Shown here in pieces: positions 56,330 through 64,000 of a stretch of DNA of 64,000 bases. Location: contig JAJYMK010000003.1 in NCBI GenBank assembly GCA_021786945.1, positions 457,471 through 521,470 of the forward strand, given 5' to 3'. The DNA comes from a bacterium (GTDB lineage: Bacteria > Patescibacteriota > Minisyncoccia > UBA6257 > 02-FULL-45-10c). The notes below the pieces were generated by a model. It was not told the origin of the DNA, did no database searches, and worked only from the letters and a program-made list of their open reading frames with translations. Each line of letters begins with the position of its first letter. The stretch's first letter is position 1. Made by a program: the position numbers and the translations under genes.

Positions 56330-57469
56330 CTATTTAGAGCTTTCCAAAAAATCAAATACTTTTTTGTTTTTCACTATATCATAACTGTAACTATAGATTC
56401 TTTGTGGATCTATTTTTTGTGCATGCTCTGGGCGCAAAGTCGCCAAAAACTTATTGCTTTCCATTTCCACTTCTTCTGAAGTCGGCTCTATTTTTTCATC
56501 TTTGGCTATTTTATACAAAACCAAATTGGAAACAACGCTTTTTTCGGCTTCGGGTCGCAATTTCTTCCTGACTTCCTCCTCTTTAAAATCTTTTTTGAAA
56601 TACATCTTATATTCTTCCAGCATTCCGGACAGAGTTTTTTCTATCATCACTTCAGGAATCTCAATTTTTGAATCTTTTCCAATTTCTTCAAGTGCTTTTA
56701 TTCTCAACCTCTCGGATTCCTTCAATTCCTTTTCTTTTTTAATACCGTCTTTTATGCTGTTTTTCAATTCTTCCAAGGTTTTAAAATTTCCGAGCTCTTT
56801 TACCAACTCGTCATTCAACTCTGGTAATTGTCTCTCAAAAACGGAAGCTAATTTTACTCCGTCAAATTCCTCTCCTTCTTTATGACCAACTATTTTTTCA
56901 TCCAATCCTTTTTCTAAGTGTGAATGACCCAAAATAAACTGATCCGGCTTTCCTTTGTATTCTATATTCACCACATCTCCCATTTTTGCGGGATTTGCAG
57001 ATCTTACTATTTTTGCCCTGGAATTTAAAATCCAATTTATAGCCTCCTGAACCTCGTCATCGCCTGCGGTTATCTCTCTTTTTTCCTCAAAAATCTTTTT
57101 GGCGATTTTTTTATAATCTCCAAGTTTTACTTCCGGAAAAACAACCAAATCTATCTTGAAAATAATTCCTTCTGGTTTTTCTTCTAGGTCAATTTTAGGC
57201 TGATCAACAATTTCCCATTCATTTTCCTGGGTTATTTCTTTCAATATCTCCCTTATAGCTTTTGTAGCGGCTTCTCCGAAAACTTTATCCTTGTCTATAA
57301 CGGCATCGGCCATTTGTTTGGGTGCTGCGCCTTTCCTGAACCCTTTAATTTCCACATCTTTTAAAGCTTCTTGATAAACAACTTCCCAATATTTAGAAAA
57401 TTCTACTTGGGTCAGAGTAACCTCCAATTGCTTAACAGAACCCGGAAGATCTTTGTGAGTATATTTCAT
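56330..57469 (-). CDS. tig: trigger factor (shortened PPIase domain)
   Basis: GFRKGAAP ribosome-binding motif, LPELNDEL, C-terminal helical domain. Confidence 0.93.
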   Translation of the reverse strand: MKYTHKDLPGSVKQLEVTLTQVEFSKYWEVVYQEALKDVEIKGFRKGAAPKQMADAVIDKDKVFGEAATKAIREILKEITQENEWEIVDQPKIDLEEKPEGIIFKIDLVVFPEVKLGDYKKIAKKIFEEKREITAGDDEVQEAINWILNSRAKIVRSANPAKMGDVVNIEYKGKPDQFILGHSHLEKGLDEKIVGHKEGEEFDGVKLASVFERQLPELNDELVKELGNFKTLEELKNSIKDGIKKEKELKESERLRIKALEEIGKDSKIEIPEVMIEKTLSGMLEEYKMYFKKDFKEEEVRKKLRPEAEKSVVSNLVLYKIAKDEKIEPTSEEVEMESNKFLATLRPEHAQKIDPQRIYSYSYDIVKNKKVFDFLESSK

Positions 57470-57591
57470 AAATAATTTAAATTACTTGTGATAGATATAT
57501 TATCATAAGTAATTTAAAAATAAAAATCCTTTTTTAGTCTCAGATTAAACTGAATCCCCCTCTTTTTCAGAGGGGGATAAATTTATAAGCT

Positions 57592-58737
57592 TTATTGAAT
57601 TCCTAACTTTGTAAGCATCGCTTTCATGCCGTTATAAGAAGTGGATAATACAAATAAATTATTTGCAGTCCATCCATAATTCAAAGAGGCTCCCGTTTTC
57701 GAGAAACTAATATATCTGGTTGGGAGATTATTAGCCTTACCATCTTTAAAACTGCTGCCAATTTTTGTTCCAGGATTTTGAATATAAAGATTAGTCAAAC
57801 TCGCAGAACTTTCAATTTTTGCCATTAAAGTTTTAGCGACAGCAACATCGGCGCCATTTTTTAATTTAGCTATTAAACCAAACCATGACCCATTGGCATC
57901 ATAAAAAATAACACTAGTAAAATCATCTTCAAAAAACGGAGTTAATTCAGCTGAAGTTATCTCCGGCAAAAACAAAGGGAGCGAATCAGCAAAAACTAAC
58001 TGCCCACCCTCATTCGAAAGAACAACTTCTTTTAAGTAAGTCTGTGAAGCGGGCTTATTATTTGATTCTGCTATTAATAAATCTCTTACTGAAGCTAAAG
58101 TTGTAGATCCCACGACATTCAAATTAATTGAGCTGTCGGCAGGATTGGGAACCAATAAAGAAATATGTGGTTTTAAAACTGGTTGCAAAGGAACTTCCGG
58201 GGTTGTAGTTGCAACATCTTCGGTTGTTGTAGCCATTTCTTCAGTTGAAGTGGCGACTGGCGGAATATTTTCCGGAGTAGTTACTGTTGTGGAAGGAGTT
58301 TCGGGGATATTTGTTTGCGGGGCCGGAGTATTAACGGAAATTACCGGTTTGGCGAACATCGGATAAATATAAACGTATCCGGCATAAGCGGCGCCGGCCA
58401 ATACCAAAATTAAAATTGTTATCAAAACAAAAATTTTTCCTTTCTTTTTTGGAGCTTCAGCCGGCGGTAAAACACCCTCAGCGGCACCCGGTCTGATCAT
58501 TCCCTCTTCTTTGGATAAATCATCCAACTCCGAAGAAGCCTGTTTTTTAATTTCAGGCGGAGTAAAAGCTTCTGGTACTGGATTTTCTCCTCCGGATTGT
58601 TTAACAGACTGAAGATCGGACTGCATGGTCCTTAAAGTTATTTCCGGCGGAGGAGGTGGAGGTGGCATCGAAGGCCCACCCTGTCCCTGGCCCGGATTAC
58701 TCGTTTCTCCCCAATTTTGTTGTTTAAAATCTTCCAT
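57592..58737 (-). CDS. Pro-rich single-pass membrane protein
   Basis: poly-Pro, LRTMQSD motif, TM, Thr-rich linker. Confidence 0.7.
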   Translation of the reverse strand: MEDFKQQNWGETSNPGQGQGGPSMPPPPPPPEITLRTMQSDLQSVKQSGGENPVPEAFTPPEIKKQASSELDDLSKEEGMIRPGAAEGVLPPAEAPKKKGKIFVLITILILVLAGAAYAGYVYIYPMFAKPVISVNTPAPQTNIPETPSTTVTTPENIPPVATSTEEMATTTEDVATTTPEVPLQPVLKPHISLLVPNPADSSINLNVVGSTTLASVRDLLIAESNNKPASQTYLKEVVLSNEGGQLVFADSLPLFLPEITSAELTPFFEDDFTSVIFYDANGSWFGLIAKLKNGADVAVAKTLMAKIESSASLTNLYIQNPGTKIGSSFKDGKANNLPTRYISFSKTGASLNYGWTANNLFVLSTSYNGMKAMLTKLGIQ

Positions 58738-58832
58738 AATTATTTTAATTAATACTTAACTTAATTATATAACAGCATAAAAAATAAAAAACGCCGTCCT
58801 TTGTGGATAGCGTTTTTATTGTTGAAACTTAC

Positions 58833-60965
58833 TTATTTGTCCGTCTCGGGTTTATTCAAAGCCTTTAAGGACAAACTAACTTTTCCCCCTTCGGCTCTGA
58901 TTACTTTTGCCCTGACAAAATCACCAAGCTTAACAACGTCTTCAACTTTTTTAACAAATCCTTCTTTCAATTCGGAAACGTGGATCATGCCGTCTTTATT
59001 TGGACCAAATTCCACTATAGCTCCAAAATCCAAAATCTTTACAACGTTTCCTTCAACAATCTGTCCGACTTCTATATCTGTAACAATGGATTTAACAATT
59101 TTAAATGCGGCTTCGGCGGTTTCCTTGTTCGGACCCGCAACATAAACTTTTCCGCTCTGATCGATATCGATAGTTGTAGCTCCCGTAGCGGCAATAATAC
59201 CGTTAATAGTTTTTCCTCCGGGGCCTATAACTTCACCGATTTTTTCTGGATTAATAGTTAAAGACAAAACAACCGGGGCGTATTCGGAAAGCTCTTTTCT
59301 GGGTTCTTTCAAAGCTCCTGTAATTGTTTTCAAAATATGAAGTCTGGCCAATTTAGCTTGTGCCAAAACCTTTTCAACCATTTCCATATTTATACCGTTA
59401 ATCTTAACGTCCAATTGTATCGCGGTAACACCCTCTTCGGTTCCGGCAACTTTAAAATCCATATCACCATAATGATCTTCTGGGCCTTGAATATCGGTAA
59501 GTACTTTATACTTCTCACCCTTTTCATCGGTTATCAGACCCATAGCAATACCGGCAGCCGGTCTTCTGATTGGAACTCCGGCATCCATCAAAGATAATCC
59601 TCCTGCACAAACAGTGGCCATAGAAGAAGAACCATTCGAAGAAAGAATTTCCGAAACTACACGGATAACATAAGGAAAAGCTTCATAAGAAGGCAACAAC
59701 GGACGTAAAGCTTTTTCGGCTAAAGATCCGTGGCCTATGTCTCTTCTGCCCGGACCCCTGAATCCTCCGGTTTCACCAACGGAATAAGGCGGAAAATTAT
59801 AATGAAGCATAAATCTCCTCTTTATTGAATTTCTCATGCTTTCCACGAGCTGTTCGGAGCCCGGAGGAGCAATTGTGGTAACAGATAAAGATTGTGTATT
59901 TCCTCTTACGAATAAAGCCGATCCATGAACGCGGTTCAAAATGCCAACTTCGGCATAAAGATCCCTGACTTCATCCAATTTTCTGCCGTCTGGCCTCTTT
60001 TCTTCATCAAGAATTTTTTTATGCAAAATTTCATCGAGCCTGGACTCCATATAAACCTCGGCGGCAATATATTCTTTTTCTTCACCACCCATATCTTCCA
60101 GCATGAGCCTCATATCGTCTTTTATGCGATAAAGCATTTCTTCTCTTTTAATCTTGTCCGGATTATAAAGGGCTTCTTCCAATTTATTGCCAAAAAAGTC
60201 ATTAAGTTTTTGCTCTAAATCTTTTTCAGGAACAGCCAAATAAACTTCTACTTTAGGTTTAGCCAATTCTTTTGCTACAGTCTCCTGGAATTTTGTAAGC
60301 TCGGTAATTTGCTGCTGAGCCATAGCAAATCCGCCGACAACATATTTTTCGTTAACCTCATTTCCGCCAAGCTCAATCATATTTATCTTATCTTTGGTTC
60401 CGGCTACAAAAGCATCGAAATCCAAATCGGACTCCTTGTCTTTTATATCCATCAAAGATGGATTTACCAAAACCTCTTCTTTGTTTTTGAATTTAGAAAT
60501 TTTAACTCCGGCAACAGGTCCGCCCCAAGGAATCCTGGATACGGTCAATGCCATAGAAGCGGTCAATAATCCGATAAAATCCGGATCATTAACACTATCA
60601 ATCTGCAAAACAGTCACTACCACCTGCACTTCCCTGCGCATGGCAGAGTTGAACAAAGGCCTGATTGTCCTGTCTATTAATCTTCCCGAAAGAATGGCTT
60701 CGTCTGAAGACTTACCCTCTCTTCGTGAAAATCTGCTGCCCAAAATTTTACCGGCGGCATAAAACTTTTCTTCGTAATTTACCGTCAACGGAAAATAATC
60801 CATTCCCGCTTTATCCGACTTACCCATCACCACCGTGGCCAAAACCACAGTATCGCCATATCTGCCAATAATGGCAGAATCAGCCTGTTCGCCAACCCTT
60901 GAAACCTCAAAAGAAAGCGGCCTGCCCGCAAACTCGGTTTTAAAAACTCTTCTTTTTATATCCAT
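58833..60965 (-). CDS. pnp: polyribonucleotide nucleotidyltransferase
   Basis: RLIDRTIRPLF, FMLHYNFPPYSVGE, SNGSSSMA, KH and S1 domains. Confidence 0.98.
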   Translation of the reverse strand: MDIKRRVFKTEFAGRPLSFEVSRVGEQADSAIIGRYGDTVVLATVVMGKSDKAGMDYFPLTVNYEEKFYAAGKILGSRFSRREGKSSDEAILSGRLIDRTIRPLFNSAMRREVQVVVTVLQIDSVNDPDFIGLLTASMALTVSRIPWGGPVAGVKISKFKNKEEVLVNPSLMDIKDKESDLDFDAFVAGTKDKINMIELGGNEVNEKYVVGGFAMAQQQITELTKFQETVAKELAKPKVEVYLAVPEKDLEQKLNDFFGNKLEEALYNPDKIKREEMLYRIKDDMRLMLEDMGGEEKEYIAAEVYMESRLDEILHKKILDEEKRPDGRKLDEVRDLYAEVGILNRVHGSALFVRGNTQSLSVTTIAPPGSEQLVESMRNSIKRRFMLHYNFPPYSVGETGGFRGPGRRDIGHGSLAEKALRPLLPSYEAFPYVIRVVSEILSSNGSSSMATVCAGGLSLMDAGVPIRRPAAGIAMGLITDEKGEKYKVLTDIQGPEDHYGDMDFKVAGTEEGVTAIQLDVKINGINMEMVEKVLAQAKLARLHILKTITGALKEPRKELSEYAPVVLSLTINPEKIGEVIGPGGKTINGIIAATGATTIDIDQSGKVYVAGPNKETAEAAFKIVKSIVTDIEVGQIVEGNVVKILDFGAIVEFGPNKDGMIHVSELKEGFVKKVEDVVKLGDFVRAKVIRAEGGKVSLSLKALNKPETDK

Positions 60966-61173
60966 AGGCTTAACGGAATTACGAAACTATACAAAAGCGC
61001 AAAACCAATTGTTCCGGGCTTTTGTATAACCTCGTAGCTCCGTATATTAATTTTAATAATTTTTATTTCTTCCGACAGGAAGTTTTTTGCGAAGTCTATT
61101 CTCGACTTCCGGCGTCTAAAATTAAACATTCAAAACTCCGGAAATCTAGAATAAATCTAAGACTAACATATAT

Positions 61174-61581
61174 TTATAGTTGATCAATATGCTCCTTATT
61201 ATTAATATCCTGATTTTCTGCTTTAAAAAATCCAATCCTAGAAAGAGATATCAATATTATTATTGTAGTACATACCGGTCCTAAAAAATTAAAAAAGAAA
61301 ATACTATAGTTATGGGCTTCTGGCGTAGGGGTTTCGTTAAGACTATATCCGAGAAGCGTTAAGGATGCCAGTACTAATGAAATAAAAGAGAGTAAATAAA
61401 AGATATTAAAAATAACTCTGTGGCGCGACGTAGAAAAATCAAGCTTAAAATAAATAAAAAGCGACAAAGCGACTAAAAAAATGGGGAAAAAATAAAACGG
61501 TGAATGATTAGCAAGTAAAAATCCAAAATATAAAGATATTAGTAATACCACCGAATTTAAAATAGCAAATATAACATTCAT
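61174..61581 (-). CDS. hypothetical membrane protein
   Basis: four hydrophobic segments. Confidence 0.55.
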   Translation of the reverse strand: MNVIFAILNSVVLLISLYFGFLLANHSPFYFFPIFLVALSLFIYFKLDFSTSRHRVIFNIFYLLSFISLVLASLTLLGYSLNETPTPEAHNYSIFFFNFLGPVCTTIIILISLSRIGFFKAENQDINNKEHIDQL

Positions 61582-61585
61582 TGAT

Positions 61586-62086
61586 TTATATTTTAAATAA
61601 AGCTTTGGGTATTTTTTCGATATTTATGAATTGATCGGCTATTTCCTGAATTTTTCCGGAAGTTGTCCTTCCGAAAGCCGCCACTTCAACACTCCTTCCT
61701 TTTCCGAACTGCAGATATTGAATTAATGGCACAAAATCGCCATCACCGGTTACTAAAATCACGACATCCAAAAAATCGGACATCCTCAAAGCATCAACAG
61801 CCATGCCAATATCCCAATCGGCTTTTTTGGAGCCGTCCGGATTTATCTGTAAATCTTTTACTCTCAATTCAAGGCCACAGCGTGTCAATGAATCAAAAAA
61901 GCCTTTCTCACCTAAAGCGGTATCGCTTTTTACAACGTAGGCTATAGAACGTATTAATTTTCTGCCCGCCACCAATTCCTTAATCAATTCCTTATAATTC
62001 ACCCTGGATTTATAAAGATTTTTTGAAGAATGGTATAAATTTTGAATATCTATAAAAATACCGACTCTCTGTTCTTTGTGTCTCAT
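61586..62086 (-). CDS. NYN domain (LabA/DUF88) protein
   Basis: FIDIQNL, KADWDIGMAVD, TGDGDF. Confidence 0.92.
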   Translation of the reverse strand: MRHKEQRVGIFIDIQNLYHSSKNLYKSRVNYKELIKELVAGRKLIRSIAYVVKSDTALGEKGFFDSLTRCGLELRVKDLQINPDGSKKADWDIGMAVDALRMSDFLDVVILVTGDGDFVPLIQYLQFGKGRSVEVAAFGRTTSGKIQEIADQFINIEKIPKALFKI

Positions 62087-62149
62087 ATTATTATGTTATG
62101 TTAATTCCAAAAATAATTCTAGCCGCTATGACAGCGGCTAGATAATATA

Positions 62150-62416
62150 TTAAGCTTTTAATCCTAATTTTTTAACCAAAGAAGTGTAGTTTTTTGGCTT
62201 ATTCTTTTCAAGATAATCCAAAAGTCTCTTTCTCTTTCCAACCATTTTCAACAAACCTCTCCTGGAATGATTGTCTTTCCTGTGTTTTTTAAGATGATCG
62301 GTTAATTCCTCGATCTGTTTAGTCAAAAGACCAACCTGAACCTCGGCTGAACCTGTATCGGAATCGGTCTGTTTGAATTCTTTAATAATATTCGATTTTT
62401 TTCTTGTTGTTAGCAT
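62150..62416 (-). CDS. rpsO: 30S ribosomal protein S15
   Basis: DTGSAEVQV, HxKDNHSRRGLLKMVGKRKRLL. Confidence 0.99.
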   Translation of the reverse strand: MLTTRKKSNIIKEFKQTDSDTGSAEVQVGLLTKQIEELTDHLKKHRKDNHSRRGLLKMVGKRKRLLDYLEKNKPKNYTSLVKKLGLKA

Positions 62417-62526
62417 AACTTATGTTTATTTTTAAACTTTTTAAATTATATACGAAAAATCAGAAAAAATCAAGCCCTCCAGAATAGAGTTAATTTACTG
62501 GTTCTGTCGCAAAATATTTTGGTATA

Positions 62527-63450
62527 ATGGTGTATATGGCAGATATTAATACATTTTTAACGCAATATCTGGATTATCTGGAGCTAGAAAAAAACAGATC
62601 TATTAAAACCAGAGAAAATTACGGGCGATACCTGAAAGCTTTTTTCGAATACAACAAAATCGCAAAACCAAACGATATAACCCTTGATTCGGTAATGCAA
62701 TTCCGCCTGCATCTGGCCAGAGAAAGTAAAGACGGAAAAAACCTCAAAAGAATAACTCAATCCTACTATATAATCGCCTTAAGAAATTTTTTAAAATTTC
62801 TGATAAAACGGGATATTGAAACCCTGTCCCCCGATAAAATAGAGCTTCCCAAAATAGCCAGAAGACAAATAGAAATAATCGAATATTCGGAACTTGAAAG
62901 ACTGCTGAATGCCCCCGACACCGGCACCTTTCGCGGACTGCGGGATAAGGCAATATTGGAAACACTTTTTTCCACCGGCCTCCGTGTTTCCGAGCTCTGC
63001 AATTTGGACAGATACATAAATCTGGAAAGGGGTGAAATCGCCGTGAGAGGAAAGGGTGAAAAATTAAGGGTAGTTTTTCTTTCGGATGGCGCCAAAGAAG
63101 CCATCAAAAACTATCTTGATAAAAGAAGCGATGCCTTGGATAAATTATTCGTAAGCCTGTCTAAAGAATCGGGAAATAAAAAACCAAAAGTAATCGGAAA
63201 AATAACTTCGCGGGCAGTTCAAAGACTGATTGATTTTTATAAACGCAAAGCCGGAATTACAAAGAAAATAACACCTCACCAAATAAGGCACCAGTTTGCC
63301 ACAGATCTCCTGATGAATGGCGCGGACCTGCGTTCCGTCCAGGAACTTTTGGGCCATAGCAATATTTCCACCACCCAAGTTTATACGCACATCACCAACA
63401 AACAACTTAAAGAAATTCACGAAAGCTTCCACGGAAAAAGAAGAAAATAA
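62527..63450 (+). CDS. xerC: Xer-family tyrosine recombinase
   Basis: RDKAILETLFSTGLRVSEL, GKGEK, TPHQIRHQFAT, LLGH, TQVYTH; xerC vs xerA/D not resolvable. Confidence 0.88.
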   Translation: MVYMADINTFLTQYLDYLELEKNRSIKTRENYGRYLKAFFEYNKIAKPNDITLDSVMQFRLHLARESKDGKNLKRITQSYYIIALRNFLKFLIKRDIETLSPDKIELPKIARRQIEIIEYSELERLLNAPDTGTFRGLRDKAILETLFSTGLRVSELCNLDRYINLERGEIAVRGKGEKLRVVFLSDGAKEAIKNYLDKRSDALDKLFVSLSKESGNKKPKVIGKITSRAVQRLIDFYKRKAGITKKITPHQIRHQFATDLLMNGADLRSVQELLGHSNISTTQVYTHITNKQLKEIHESFHGKRRK

Positions 63451-63483
63451 GACCATAATTATTATTTAACCTTAACTACTCTA

Positions 63484-63608
63484 CACACCGAATTGTCTAC
63501 GAGAATCGGAGTTTGTTCCGTCCAGCGCGGAACAACTCCTGAGTCTCGCTCCGACATCGGAACCGAGCATGTCGGAGCTCCGAATCTTCTCCACGACAAT
63601 TTGGTGTG
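63484..63608. repeat. palindromic dispersed element copy 2 (inverted relative to copy 1)
   Basis: CACACCGAATTGTC...GACAATTTGGTGTG; same 111-nt core as 49953-50063. Confidence 0.85.
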
Positions 63609-63785
63609 CAAAATCATTTATTATAAATAATTATTTTTGAGGAACATCTCGGAGGCGGCTTTGCGCCGAAAGCGAAGCAAATTTTTACGGAAGTAAAAAT
63701 TATGCTGTTTCCGAAAAGATAATTATTTATAAAATTTGGAAATGAGTCTGGCTTACTACATATATTTATATTAAAATACAAAAAT

Positions 63786-63867
63786 GCTCCCGTGGCGGAA
63801 CTGGCATACGCGCGTGGCTTAGGACCACGTCCCGAAAGGGTTAGAGGTTCAAATCCTCTCGGGAGCA
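63786..63867 (+). tRNA. tRNA-Leu (TAG)
   Basis: cloverleaf with variable arm, CGTGG-CTTAGGA-CCACG. Confidence 0.95.
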
Positions 63868-63909
63868 CAAAAAAAAATCCCCCTAAGGGGGGATTTTTAA
63901 ATTTTCATC

Positions 63910-64000
63910 TTAGCTCAAAATGCTGGCCACTATATATCTCATTGTACCGGCGAGCAAAGCAACGGCGATAGCAATGATGGAATATAAGAGCTGATTTTTG
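63910..64000 (-). CDS. 3' end of a probable TrbC/VirB2-like pilin (truncated by the window edge)
   Basis: ...KNQLLYSIIAIAVALLAGTMRYIVASILS*, resembling CPR pilin C-termini. Confidence 0.5.
   Translation of the reverse strand, partial: KNQLLYSIIAIAVALLAGTMRYIVASILS

Noticed and set aside
520-57580. Near-identical hairpins ATCCCC(C)TCTTTYTCAGAGGGG(G)AT at ~523 and ~57554
   Set aside because: Short, and both lie at gene 3' ends, so they are adequately explained as ordinary terminators.
62527-63867. Integrative element (tyrosine recombinase beside tRNA-Leu)
   Set aside because: The protein has Xer length and motifs, neighbours rpsO, and I saw no duplicated tRNA end.
45292-63868. ORFs 45292-45474 and 63614-63868
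   Set aside because: They are antisense translations of tRNA-Leu genes.

Overview
AT-rich bacterial chromosomal segment. The gene set and style (reduced trigger factor, CPR-type pilin and surface proteins, mostly SD-less housekeeping genes) point by inference to a Patescibacteria/CPR (Parcubacteria-like) genome. It carries housekeeping genes (trxB, ftsK, recA, rny, gpmI, secG, rnj, two clpP, tig, pnp, rpsO, xer, HU), seven tRNAs, a glycan cluster and a 2,300-aa LamG/DUF2341 surface protein. There is also a threonine biosynthesis cluster with an intact Thr7 leader-peptide attenuator. Many GC-richer single-gene cassettes with their own promoter, SD and terminator are interspersed. The standout is 55459-56324, a stand-alone 194-aa Cas7/RAMP-like gene inserted between tig and clpP. 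It is followed by two non-coding arrays of strictly 5-nt-periodic GGY-NN units (8 and 11 units), each preceded by a fold-back leader, then a terminator. This is a candidate minimal RNA-guided system with a non-contiguous guide code. Other notable signals are two divergent paralogous small genes each followed by a 143/145-identical structured RNA, an unassigned ~340-nt structured ncRNA with its own promoter and terminator, and several dispersed palindromic elements. All calls are by eye; no searches or folding were run.
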